From contig OY969938.1 in NCBI GenBank assembly GCA_963704755.1, forward strand, positions 2,130,001-2,162,000: 32,000 nt of DNA. Reading direction: 5' to 3'. Made by a program: the position numbers and the translations under genes. The stretch is from an uncultured Chloroflexia bacterium (GTDB lineage: Bacteria > Chloroflexota > Anaerolineae > Anaerolineales > Anaerolineaceae). Of the stretch, positions 1-9,233 are shown piece by piece. Position 1 is the stretch's first letter. Each line of letters starts with the position of its first letter. The notes beneath the pieces are model-generated. The model did no database searches and was not told the origin of the DNA. It saw only the letters and a list, made by a program, of their open reading frames with translations.

Positions 1-130
1 CTTCTGGCGGCACGACATAGGGCTCCAATACCTCCCACCGCCGTGGCCATTTACAGCCGGTCAGGACGGCCGAGCCGGTCCCAATCATTGCGATGCGCAA
101 GAATTTGCGTCGGGAAATTTTTATAGTCAC
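1..130 (-). CDS. actB: Alternative Complex III subunit ActB-like protein, N-terminal fragment (continues beyond window start)
   Basis: The reverse strand from GTG (128-130) reads VTIKISRRKFLRIAMIGTGSAVLTGCKWPRRWEVLEPYVVPPE. This is a twin-arginine signal (RRKFL) followed by a hydrophobic stretch, and the frame stays open to the window edge. It lies 77 nt downstream of the pentahaem actA-like gene, matching act operon order A then B. Confidence 0.5.
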   Translation of the reverse strand, partial: MTIKISRRKFLRIAMIGTGSAVLTGCKWPRRWEVLEPYVVPPE

Positions 131-207
131 GTTACCCGCCTATCGATAGGTTTCTGGGGTTGTTCTCGATTACCAATCTTCTCATCATCGCGTCTCCTCC
201 AAAAACC

Positions 208-810
208 CTATTGGTGACATGTGATGCATTCCATTAATTGAGGTGCATTGGCCTGTTTTTCATGACAACTCAGGCACCAGCCCATATCCATCTTGACGAC
301 CGGCTGGGCAATGGCCATGTGTCCCACGTCCCCGTGGCAGTTCGAGCAGTCGAGACCGGCCGCCGTCACATGCACCTCATGGCTGAAATAGACGAACCGC
401 GGGAGTTGATTCACACGCACCCACGGGATCGGCTCGTCATTTTTCCAATACTGGGCTACTTTTTGGATTTCTGCGTTTGTGGGATCGATAACCTGGTGAC
501 AACCCATGCACTTTTGTACGCTGGGCATTCCGGCCGCCATCGACCGGCGGGCGTCCGTATGGCAGAACTGGCAATCGATGCCCATCTGCACCATCACCTC
601 GTGGTTAAACGCGATCGGCTGAACACTGGCCGCCTTGGCCTTGTTGGTCTGCACCACCAGCAAAACCACCACTGCCGCGACGATCACGACCAATCCAGCC
701 GGAATCCACCAACGCTTCCGCAAGAACTCAAAAATTTTTCCGGGGCTGATTTTCAATATTCCCACCCTTTCGGTAAATTTTTTTTTATCGTTGGAACTCG
801 TCCCGGTCAA
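208..810 (-). CDS. actA: Pentahaem cytochrome c, Alternative Complex III subunit ActA-like
   Basis: The 200-aa ORF has an N-terminal TM helix (WWIPAGLVVIVAAVVVLLVV). It has five CxxCH haem-c motifs: CQFCH, CMGCH, CSNCH, CLSCH, CITCH. A Tat-signal ActB-like ORF follows it. The start is TTG at 808-810, and the exact start is uncertain. Confidence 0.8.
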   Translation of the reverse strand: MTGTSSNDKKKFTERVGILKISPGKIFEFLRKRWWIPAGLVVIVAAVVVLLVVQTNKAKAASVQPIAFNHEVMVQMGIDCQFCHTDARRSMAAGMPSVQKCMGCHQVIDPTNAEIQKVAQYWKNDEPIPWVRVNQLPRFVYFSHEVHVTAAGLDCSNCHGDVGHMAIAQPVVKMDMGWCLSCHEKQANAPQLMECITCHQ

Positions 811-1095
811 ACCTTACCGGCCGGGCGAAAATACAAAATCGCCGTACATAAAATGAATTATGCGGACTACTTGATCATCATAAATGGATGCAGTCCATTT
901 TTACTTTACCCTCACCTTAGTCCGACTTAATCTCGACTTAAATGGGGGTGAGCGTTCTCTTCCAACCGTCGGCCTTGCCTGTATTTGCCTGTAAAAACCC
1001 TGAATTTCCCGGTAGCTGGTTTAGCTTCAGGCTCCGGCGGCGGCTCGCTTAACTCGCCATTAAGCCGCCGATATGATGGTTTAAGGCAGTGGGTT

Positions 1096-1126
1096 TTGGT
1101 TACTATTAAGATAATTATAATATAAT
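1096..1126 (+). promoter_or_regulatory. Candidate promoter in the act/cox divergent intergenic region (two overlapping TATAAT boxes)
   Basis: The A/T-rich stretch tactattaagataattataatataatat contains TATAAT at 1116-1121 and again at 1121-1126. TTGGTT sits at 1096-1101. The spacing is not ideal (14 or 19 nt), and promoter rules for this lineage are unknown. Confidence 0.25.
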
Positions 1127-1294
1127 ATCGTGAGTTTTGAGCACACTATATTGGTGAATTCGGGGTTTTTGGTAATCTCCGTAGTGGGGTGGTGAGGTGG
1201 ATGGTGCAAGAACGCTTCTGCACCTTCTCCATACGACCTACGAAACCGGGATTTCTACAAGCCGCAAATTTACCGCCAGGGAAGCAGCTACCTG

Positions 1295-2353
1295 ATGGAA
1301 AAAGACCGCCAGACTTTACCACTACGAAAGCCTTATCGTTTCTTATCCGGCTTCAAAAAGCCCAAAAGGTTTCCTCTTTATTTATTCCTTTTGGTTTTCT
1401 TGTTAGCGGGATGTGCAACCAGCCCAACCTTCCTCCAACCCAACTCGCTCGTTTCCTCCAAGGAAGCCGACCTCTTTCGCATCATCCTCTACATGTCGAT
1501 CGGGGTCTTCGTGTTGGTCTGGGTACTGCTGTTGGTGAACATCATTGCCTTCCGCCAACGCGACCCGGAGGATAAAGTAGAGCCTCGCCAGAAATACGGC
1601 AACTTTCGCCTGGAGATCATCTGGACGGCGATCCCGATCGTGCTGGTGCTGATCTTATTCGTCCTCACCATGCGTACCATGCAGGCCGTCGCCGCCCCGG
1701 CGCCCGCGCAGAGCGATGTAAATATTACGGTCATCGGACACCAGTGGTGGTGGGAGTTTGATTATCCCGACCTGGGCATCGTCACCGCCAACGAAATGCA
1801 CGTTCCGGTCGGCGCCAACGTCAAGATGGTGGTCACCTCGGCGGATGTGATCCACAGTTTCTGGGTGCCTCAATTGGCCAACAAAGTCGATGCCATCCCC
1901 GGCCAGAACAACAACCTCTGGTTCCAGGCCCAAAACCTGGGCACCTTCGATGGCCAGTGCGCCGAGTTCTGCGGCCTCAATCACGCCAACATGCGCGTCA
2001 AGGTGGTCGTCGAATCGGATACCGATTTCCAGGCCTGGGTAGCCAACCAGCAGGCCCCGCTGGTGCAGCCGGCCAATGACCAGCAGCAGCAAGCCTACAA
2101 CCTGATCACCAAGGGCATCTGCTCCACCTGCCACACCCTGGGTGATAACAAAGGCGCCACCAACATCGGCCCGAACCTGACCCACTTGATGTCGCGCAGC
2201 GTATTCGCCGGCGCCATGTACGATATGAATATCACCAACCTGCACGACTGGTTGTCCGATCCGCAGGCCCTGAAGCCTGGCAACAAAATGATCGTAAACC
2301 TGACCCCGGACCAGGTCAACACATTGATGTCCTACCTGACCGAATTGAAATGA
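1295..2353 (+). CDS. ctaC: Cytochrome c oxidase subunit II fused to a C-terminal cytochrome c domain (caa3-type subunit IIc), lipoprotein-type signal
   Basis: CuA motif HSFWVP...CAEFCGLNHANM. N-terminal TM segments with lipobox LLAGC. C-terminal CSTCH haem-c motif. The subunit I gene starts 10 nt downstream. Confidence 0.9.
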   Translation: MEKDRQTLPLRKPYRFLSGFKKPKRFPLYLFLLVFLLAGCATSPTFLQPNSLVSSKEADLFRIILYMSIGVFVLVWVLLLVNIIAFRQRDPEDKVEPRQKYGNFRLEIIWTAIPIVLVLILFVLTMRTMQAVAAPAPAQSDVNITVIGHQWWWEFDYPDLGIVTANEMHVPVGANVKMVVTSADVIHSFWVPQLANKVDAIPGQNNNLWFQAQNLGTFDGQCAEFCGLNHANMRVKVVVESDTDFQAWVANQQAPLVQPANDQQQQAYNLITKGICSTCHTLGDNKGATNIGPNLTHLMSRSVFAGAMYDMNITNLHDWLSDPQALKPGNKMIVNLTPDQVNTLMSYLTELK

Positions 2354-2362
2354 GGCAATAGC

Positions 2363-4598
2363 GTGTCAACCCACCAGCAAGTTTACAATCCGGTGCGCCG
2401 CCGCACCATGGAAGTCCCCCGGGATAGTTTCCTGGGCTGGCTGACCACGGTGGATCACAAACGTATCGGTATCCTTTATATTGTTTCCGCGTCCGTCTAT
2501 TTCCTCATCGCGGGAATCTTCGCTTTGCTGATGCGCATCCAGTTGGCCCAGCCTAACGCACAGTTCCTCAGCAGCAACGCTTACGATGAGTTGTTCACCA
2601 TGCACGGCACCACCATGATTTTCCTGGTGGTTATGCCGCTCTCGATTGGGGTCGGAAACTTCATCATCCCCTTGATGATCGGTGCCCGCGACATGGCCTT
2701 CCCCAAGCTGAACGCGCTCAGCTTTTGGGTTTTCCTGTTCGGCGGCCTGTTTATGTACAGCAGCTTTGCCCTGGGCGGGGCACCCGATAACGGCTGGTTC
2801 AGCTACGCCCCCCTGACCGAGATGAGCTTTTCGCCCGGCCACGGAATGGACTTTTGGGCGCTGGGTATTCTGCTGCTGACCGTCTCCACTACCCTGGGAT
2901 CGCTCAACTTCATCGTTACAGTGCTGCAAATGCGCGCACCGGGCATGTCCCTGGGGCGCCTGCCGGTCTTCGCCTGGATGATGACCGTCACTTCCTTCCT
3001 GGCCATCTTTGCCCTGCCGGCCCTGACCTCGGCTTCGGTGCTGCTGTTATTGGACCGCAATGTGGGGACTCATTTTTATAACGTGGCCGACCGGAGGCAA
3101 CGCCATTCTGTGGCAAAACCTGTTCTGGTTCTTCGGCCACCCGGAGGTTTATATCCTCATCCTGCCGGCCTTTGGCATTTTCTCCGAGATTATCCCGGTC
3201 TTCTCGCGCCAGCCTTTATTCGGCTACAAAGCGGTCGTCTTTTCCGGGGTGGCCATCGGCTTCCTCGGTTTTACCGTTTGGGCGCACCATATGTTTGCCG
3301 TCGGCCTGCCCGACGTGGCCCAATTGTTCTTCTCGGCCAACAGCTTTTTGATCGGCGTGCCGACCGGGATCAAGATCTTCGCCTGGATCGCTACCATGTG
3401 GGGCGGCAAGCTGCGCTTCAAGACCCCCATGTTGTTTGCCGTCGGCGGGATTGCCCTGTTTACCATCGGCGGCCTGGACGGGATCCACCTGGCCGTCATC
3501 CCGGTGGATTGGCAGGTCACCGACACCTATTACGTAGTCTCTCACCTGCACTACGTCCTCTTTGGCGGGGCTATCTTCGGCCTGACCGCAGCGGCCTTTT
3601 ACTGGTTTCCCAAAATGTCCGGCCGCCGGCTGGGCGAGACCCTGGGCAAGTGGCAGTTCTGGCTGATGTTTGTCGGCATGAACCTGGTGTTCATGCCCAT
3701 GCACATTCTCGGCTTGTTGGGCATGCCGCGGCGGGTGTATACCTACGCTTCCGGCAGCGGCTGGGATATCTGGAACCTGATTTCCACGATCGGTTCGTTT
3801 GTACTCGCGGCCGGTTTTATCCTCTTCCTGGTCAACCTGGTGCGCACGTTCTCCCGGCCGGCCGAACATGAAGCCGATCCCTGGGATGGTTTTACCCTGG
3901 AATGGAGCACCAGCTCCCCGCCCCCGGTAGAGAATTTCGACCAGCCGCTGCCGGAAGTGCGCAGCGCCCGCCCGTTGTGGGATAAAAAATATCCCGACCT
4001 GGCCGACTGGAAGCAAACGAGAGGGTTGATCATGCAAACAACTCAAACCCAAGTTAATCCGCGCGGCAAAGCCCTGATCCTGCTCGGTCTGGTGCTGGGC
4101 AGCGAGACCTTATTATTCGGCTTGCTGGCCGTCTCCTATTTGTTCATGCGCGCCCAACAGGGCATCTGGCAGCCAAACACGCTTGCCCAATACCGCTACT
4201 GGCTGCCGGTTTGGAACACGCTGGTTCTTTTGGTCAGTGCGTTGACCGCCTGGCGCAGCCTGGTCGCCATCCGGGCCGGCCGCCGCGACAGTTTATTGAA
4301 CGCCTCACAGATCACCCTGCTGCTGGGCCTGTTGTTCGTGGCCGGCCAGGCGCTCGAATTCAGCCAGGCCGGCATGCCTCTGGATGCGCCCGGCTTCGGC
4401 GGGATCCTGTTTGCCTTGATGAGCTTCCACGCCCTGCATGTACTGGCCGGGGTGGTCGTCGAAGGGCTGGTCGTGGTCCGCGCCCGCCTGGGTGATTTTA
4501 GTCCCGCCAACCACGTGGCTGTAGAGGCCGGGGTCTATTTCTGGTTTTTTGTGACCCTGGTATGGGTCGTATTATTCGTGCTGCTTTACCTGGTATAA
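2363..4598 (+). CDS. ctaD: Cytochrome c oxidase subunit I fused to a subunit III-like C-terminal domain (caa3-type I/III fusion); reading frame broken by a 1-nt shift near 3073-3092
   Basis: Frame A from GTG 2363 reads HKRIGILY...MHGTTMIF...LLLDRNVGTHF. Frame B reads ...GGNAILWQNLFWFFGHPEVYILILPAFG...WAHHMF...VVSHLHYVLFGG, which is canonical haem-copper oxidase subunit I. After about 4030 there are five more TM helices (FHALHVLAGV...YFWFFVTLVWVVLF) resembling subunit III. The Arg/Pro-rich tail of the 502-aa track ORF is an out-of-frame read. Confidence 0.85.
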
Positions 4599-4646
4599 GC
4601 CGGCCACAGCGGTATTCCGCGCAAGAACCCTAAGGAGGTTCACCTT

Positions 4647-4847
4647 ATGGACGAAACCGAAAAAGATCTGGAGACTCCTTCCAGTCTATGGCCCATCTTA
4701 TTGGCGTTCAGCCTGCTGTTGATGGCGGTAGGGGTCATCTACTCGTTGATTATCACCCTGGTGGGCTTACTCGGCCTGTTGGCCTGTATCGCCGGGTGGA
4801 CCCTGGAAAATCGCCTGCCCGTGGAGGAGGAAGAACCCCATGAGTGA
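4647..4847 (+). CDS. Small two-TM membrane protein inside the cox operon (possible accessory oxidase subunit)
   Basis: A strong SD (AAGGAGG) lies 7 nt upstream of the ATG. There are two hydrophobic helices. The stop overlaps the next gene's start (ATGAGTGA), indicating translational coupling. Confidence 0.6.
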   Translation: MDETEKDLETPSSLWPILLAFSLLLMAVGVIYSLIITLVGLLGLLACIAGWTLENRLPVEEEEPHE

Positions 4848-5430
4848 TGCTCATCCCAAATCCGGCTCGAGCAGCTTCCTCCGCCAGCGCGATAACCCCA
4901 AGCTGGCCCTCTGGTTCTTTATCGGCGGCGAAGTCGTTTTCTTCTCTACCCTGATCCTCACTTTTGCCCTGGCCCGCATCGAATACGCCTCACAGTATGC
5001 CGATTTTCGCAGCCACCTGAGCATCCCGCTGATCGCCGGAAACACCTTTGTGCTCATCGCCAGCAGCTTCCTGGTGGTGCGCGGCCTGGAGGCTATCCGT
5101 GAGGGCAACCAGAAGGGCTTGCAAGGCAACCTGCTGGGTGTGCTGATCCTCGGGCTGATATTCCTCGGCGGGCAGGCCTTCGAATGGTCCACCCTTTTTT
5201 CGGCCGGAATTAGCCCTTCCAACCCGTTCGGGACACCCTTTTTCACGGTTACCGGCATCCACGGCACCCACGTGTTTGTGGGCGTTCTTTGGGGAGCCTT
5301 TTTACTGATTTACGCCAGGCGCCACAAGTTTTCCGTACAAGACCACCGCGGGATCGAGAACTTCGGCCTGTACTGGCACTTTGTGGACATCGTCTGGATT
5401 GTTCTATTCACCCTGATCTATCTGATTTAA
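4840..5430 (+). CDS. ctaE: Cytochrome c oxidase subunit III
   Basis: 196 aa with five TM helices. It carries subunit III signatures: GGQAFEW, FFTVTGIHGTHVFVG, YWHFVDIVWIVLF. Confidence 0.85.
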   Translation: MSDAHPKSGSSSFLRQRDNPKLALWFFIGGEVVFFSTLILTFALARIEYASQYADFRSHLSIPLIAGNTFVLIASSFLVVRGLEAIREGNQKGLQGNLLGVLILGLIFLGGQAFEWSTLFSAGISPSNPFGTPFFTVTGIHGTHVFVGVLWGAFLLIYARRHKFSVQDHRGIENFGLYWHFVDIVWIVLFTLIYLI

Positions 5431-5485
5431 GGAGCGGCCATGGAACTCGAACCAAGCCAACCCCACCAGCCCTACGGCTGATAAT

Positions 5486-5770
5486 TTGACCGAACGGCAT
5501 GCCAAACCGCCCTACCTGGCGGTGTTCATTGCCCTGGCCGTACTCACCGCCCTGGAAGTAGCCACCAGCTACCTGCCGGCCGGTACACGCATCCCCATTC
5601 TGGCCGTGTTAGCCACCGCCAAGGTTCTGCTGGTGCTGTTGTTCTTCATGCACCTCAAGTTCGACACCCGCATCTTCACCTTCCCCTTCGTGATCGGCCT
5701 GATCATCGCTCTGCCGATCATCCTGGCGGTCACCCTGGCCATGCCGGCCCTGGTGCCGCTGTTCAAATAA
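5486..5770 (+). CDS. ctaF: Cytochrome c oxidase subunit IV (prokaryotic COX4/CtaF-like); start uncertain
   Basis: 94 aa with three TM helices and the typical YLAVFIALAVLTALEV...FMHLKF pattern. It is the last gene of the cox cluster. The track start is TTG with no SD. See the finding on ATG 5440 for an alternative start. Confidence 0.7.
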   Translation: MTERHAKPPYLAVFIALAVLTALEVATSYLPAGTRIPILAVLATAKVLLVLLFFMHLKFDTRIFTFPFVIGLIIALPIILAVTLAMPALVPLFK

Positions 5771-5819
5771 ACCATTTCCAAACACAATATCCTTAGGGGG
5801 ATCGTGTTTATTTCTAATT

Positions 5820-5853
5820 CCTCCCCTAAAATCCCATGAGATTTTAGGGGAGG
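5820..5853 (+). terminator. Intrinsic terminator-like hairpin after the cox operon
   Basis: A perfect 14-bp stem, cctcccctaaaatc (5820-5833) with gattttaggggagg (5840-5853), and a 6-nt loop. It is followed by TTTGGTTTG. Confidence 0.55.
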
Positions 5854-6089
5854 TTTGGTTTGAGGGATCAGTCAAAGAGGGGACAAGGCCACAAGGGGAA
5901 TCTCCCCTTCCCCCGCTCTGGGGGAAGGGCCCAGGGGATGAGGGCAAAATCCCCCGTTTGGTCGATCCCCTTCATTTGGCAGCCCGAAATTCTCATGATA
6001 TACTAATCTTTAATTATGGGTCTATTTACCATATTTATTACACATTACGCCTGCGTTAGCCGTTATGATCCTCATTAAAGGACACTCCC

Positions 6090-6779
6090 GTGAACATACT
6101 CGTCGTCGATGATGACCCCTTGATCTGCAAGGGGTTGAAATTTAATTTAGAACGCACCGGGTATGAAGTAACTACCGCTACCACCAGTTCGGCTGCCCTC
6201 GATCACATTCACCGGATGAAATTTCAGGCTGTCATCCTGGACGTCGGGCTGCCGGGAGAAGACGGCCTCAGCCTGTGCCGCCACCTGAAGGAACTGTACA
6301 ACCTGCCGGTCATTTTCCTGACGGCCCGCCGACGCGAACTGGACGAGATTGTCGGCCTGGAAATCGGCGCCGATGACTACATCACCAAGCCTTTCAACGT
6401 GGATGTGCTGCTGGCCCACCTCAAAGCGGTCTTGCGCCGGGCCGGGACAGCCTCGTCCCCCCAGACGACGCCTGCCAGTGTCCCGCTTACCTGCGGACCC
6501 TTTTCCGTCGATCCCCAATCGCACCGCGCCAGCCAGGATGGACATCCTCTCAGCCTGGCCCCGCGCGAATTCGACCTGCTCTTCTTCCTGATCGCCCACC
6601 CGGACCAGGTGTTTACCACCGAAGAGATCATCGACAGCGTTTGGGGAGCCGAGTTCATCGGCGAGCCACAGGCACTCTATGTGCAGGTCCGCAGCTTACG
6701 CGAGAAAATCGAGGCTAACCCCTCCAAGCCCAAGCACATCTTGACCATTCGTGGAATCGGTTACAAATTCATGCCATGA
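6090..6779 (+). CDS. OmpR/PhoB-family response regulator (REC + winged-helix DNA-binding domain)
   Basis: REC motifs: ILVVDDD, AVILDVGLPGEDG, DDYITKPF. The C-terminal trans_reg_C pattern is LAPREFDLLFFL...IRGIGYKF. GTG start with AAAGGA upstream. Confidence 0.9.
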   Translation: MNILVVDDDPLICKGLKFNLERTGYEVTTATTSSAALDHIHRMKFQAVILDVGLPGEDGLSLCRHLKELYNLPVIFLTARRRELDEIVGLEIGADDYITKPFNVDVLLAHLKAVLRRAGTASSPQTTPASVPLTCGPFSVDPQSHRASQDGHPLSLAPREFDLLFFLIAHPDQVFTTEEIIDSVWGAEFIGEPQALYVQVRSLREKIEANPSKPKHILTIRGIGYKFMP

Positions 6780-8179
6780 AGGACCGTCTCAGCCTGCGCT
6801 TCTACATGATCGCCGGCCAGATGATTCTGGTCGTATTGATGCTGTCGATTACATTGCTGATCTGGTACAACCGGGAAGAACGCCGGGACGAGTCCCTGTT
6901 CAAGGGATACCTGGAAAGCCAGGCCCAGCTATTGGCCGCCAGCATCCAGGTTGGAGAAGGCGGGCCAACTTTGCCGGCCCGCTGGAGCGCCAGAGATTTT
7001 GACATCCTTTACATTCCAGCCGCTGGCACGCAGATCGAACTGACCCCCGGTTTTCTTTCCGGTTATACGGCCGGCGCCGTCGAAGAGACCAGCAGTCAGG
7101 CCCTCCGCGGGCTGACCACCTCAACCATAGCAGCCGGAACGGATGGTAAAAGCAAGTACCTGTACGCCGCCGCCCCGGCCTGGAATGCCAGCGGGTCCAT
7201 CGCCGGCGCCATTTGCCTGGTTTCACCTATGGAAACTTTCCAGAGCACCCTGGATGAATCGCGGGACGACTTGCTGGCGCTCTTTGTGGTGATCGGCCTG
7301 GCCAGCCTGGCCCTGGGACTGGTTGTGTCGTCCTTTGTGCTCTCACCGCTGCAATCGGCCGGCGAAGCCGCCGCCTGTGTCGCTGAGGGCGATTACGATC
7401 TGGACATCCCTCAAAGCGGCCCGCGCGAAACCCGCCAACTGGCCAAAAGCCTCAACCGTATGGCCAGTGAGCTGCAGAAACAGCAAAAAAGCCGCCAGAT
7501 GATCCTGTCGAACGTGACCCACGAGCTGGCCCGCCCGATCGGGGCCTTGCGCCTGGGGGTGGACAGTTTGCAAGCCGGCGGGCTGAAAGATGCCACCCTG
7601 GCCGAAGACCTGCTCTCGGAAATGAATTACACCCTCAACCACATGGAAGCCCTGGTGGATGACCTGTCGCTGGCGGCCCGGCCGCTGGCCCAGCCGCTCA
7701 GCGTCGAGCGGCGCTGCTTTCCCCTGGAACCGCTGCTCTACGGGCTGCGCTCGCGGTTCTGGCCGCGGGCCGAATCGCGCCACATCGACCTGCACATTTC
7801 TGTCCCGGCTTCGCTGCCGCCCATCCTGGCTGACGAAGTCCGCATGAACCAGATGATATCCAACCTGATCGACAACGCGCTCAAGTACACACCGGTCGGC
7901 ACTCAGGTCCTGATCACGGCCGAGGCGGTGGATGGAATGATCAAGGTTTCAGTTCTGGATTCGGGTCCCGGGGTTGCCCAGGAAGAATTGGAGCGCATCT
8001 CCGAGCCCTTTTTCCAGGGCCGTAACGTCAAAGGCATCAACCAGGGTATGGGCCTGGGCCTTTCAATCGTCCGCCAGTTAGTCGAGGCTCACAAAGGCCA
8101 CATGGTGATCTACAATCGCCCCGAAGGGGGCTTTGGTGTCGAACTTTTCTTCGAAACCTGCCCCTTAACTCAAGGATAA
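6776..8179 (+). CDS. Sensor histidine kinase (TM sensor, HAMP, HisKA, HATPase_c)
   Basis: ATGA overlap with the regulator gene. H-box SNVTHELARPIGAL, N-box NLIDNALKYTP, and G-boxes DSGPGV / GMGLGLSIV. Confidence 0.9.
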   Translation: MKDRLSLRFYMIAGQMILVVLMLSITLLIWYNREERRDESLFKGYLESQAQLLAASIQVGEGGPTLPARWSARDFDILYIPAAGTQIELTPGFLSGYTAGAVEETSSQALRGLTTSTIAAGTDGKSKYLYAAAPAWNASGSIAGAICLVSPMETFQSTLDESRDDLLALFVVIGLASLALGLVVSSFVLSPLQSAGEAAACVAEGDYDLDIPQSGPRETRQLAKSLNRMASELQKQQKSRQMILSNVTHELARPIGALRLGVDSLQAGGLKDATLAEDLLSEMNYTLNHMEALVDDLSLAARPLAQPLSVERRCFPLEPLLYGLRSRFWPRAESRHIDLHISVPASLPPILADEVRMNQMISNLIDNALKYTPVGTQVLITAEAVDGMIKVSVLDSGPGVAQEELERISEPFFQGRNVKGINQGMGLGLSIVRQLVEAHKGHMVIYNRPEGGFGVELFFETCPLTQG

Positions 8180-8365
8180 CTCATCCTTCACTTCAATTAA
8201 AGACATTTTTCCCCTTCGTTGATTTAATGAGACTATAACGATTGGGTTACAGGTTGTTAAACCGAGGCGGAAGCGAACCGCACAAAACCGTATGCCTCAC
8301 CAACCACGGTATTCACCCAATTTATCTTACTGTCCGGGATATCTTTAGAGTTTTCCCACAAAGGA

Positions 8366-9145
8366 TTGCCTTTGCAGGCAGGAGAATTGTTTTCACTCAA
8401 GTCTGGTAATCACAATTGGGATGAATTGGGTAATTTATTGATGGGGCAAATTGCAGTAATACTGGATACACAGGCAAAGGTTCAGCATGCCGTTTATATG
8501 TCTTATGACATCGCTGCCCGCAGCAACGCCAAATTGATCGGGGTTGGTATCCTGGAACGCCAGTCGTTGGAAGAAGCTGAAAAGGCCATGAATGAGTTCA
8601 CCATTGGGGTGCGGGCTGCCAGGACGCGCGCCAGGACGGTGCTGGTCCAGTTCCTGACGATCGAAGCCATCCGGGAGGAGATCCCCGAGGTGGACATGCT
8701 CATTTTGGCCAGCGAAACCCTGGCTCAAAACCCCGCCGGCACCGACTTCCTCGAGAAGAGCCCCTGGCCGGTCTGGCTTATTTCCGGCCAACGCAGCATC
8801 CACCGGGCCCTGGCAGTACTGCAGGGCGACCCGGCCCATTCTGCTGCATTGGCAGCCGCTCTCGATCTCTCCCGCCGCTGGCGCATCGACCTGTACGCTC
8901 AGGCCATCCGCCTGCCCGCCGGAGACGCCGCCACCCTGGCCAGAACCAGTTGGCTGCAATCTCCTGTCTTTCAAGCCGACCAGTTCGATCAGGTTGCGCT
9001 CAATCAGCTCATGGAGGAAAACGATATCGACCTGGTTATGATTGACCGTCCCATCCTGGCCTCAGCCGGGTGGCAAATCTCTTGCTGCGCCCCACGCGTG
9101 ATGGCAATTTACCCACCTTCGACCAATCCACCGGTCGGGGCCTGA
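8366..9145 (+). CDS. Hypothetical protein (weak resemblance to a degenerate tandem universal-stress-protein-like fold); start uncertain (TTG 8366 or ATG 8441)
   Basis: A long ORF in the sense orientation with codon usage like its neighbours. Patterns such as IAVILD..., DMLILASE, PVWLISG, DLVMIDRP recall USP-like alpha/beta domains. I see no diagnostic motif. Confidence 0.4.
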   Translation: MPLQAGELFSLKSGNHNWDELGNLLMGQIAVILDTQAKVQHAVYMSYDIAARSNAKLIGVGILERQSLEEAEKAMNEFTIGVRAARTRARTVLVQFLTIEAIREEIPEVDMLILASETLAQNPAGTDFLEKSPWPVWLISGQRSIHRALAVLQGDPAHSAALAAALDLSRRWRIDLYAQAIRLPAGDAATLARTSWLQSPVFQADQFDQVALNQLMEENDIDLVMIDRPILASAGWQISCCAPRVMAIYPPSTNPPVGA

Positions 9146-9233
9146 ATTTTGTAGCCTGATCGTGGTTACGCTCATCTAATCAATAATTTCATGGAAACGC
9201 CGGCCAAGACCGGCTAGAAGGAAGAAAAAGAGA

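Noticed and set aside
1038-1070. 8-bp hairpin (cggcggct / agccgccg, 17-nt loop) in the act/cox divergent region, considered as a regulatory RNA element.
   Set aside because: It is a short GC stem in GC-rich DNA with no flanking conservation that I can assess. It is indistinguishable from chance.
2363-3871. The 502-aa ORF taken at face value as a complete protein.
   Set aside because: Only its first ~240 aa look like subunit I. The rest (RRQRHSVAKPVLVLRPPGG...) is an Arg/Pro-rich out-of-frame read of the real ctaD sequence, which continues in the 3060-4598 frame.
5609-5947. 112-aa minus-strand ORF and a G-rich segment with a second hairpin (cccttccccc 5905-5914 / gggggaaggg 5920-5929) downstream of the cox operon.
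   Set aside because: The ORF overlaps the subunit IV gene antisense and then runs through hairpin sequence. It is Gly/Pro/Arg-rich with no start context. The hairpins are most simply terminator or insulator structures.
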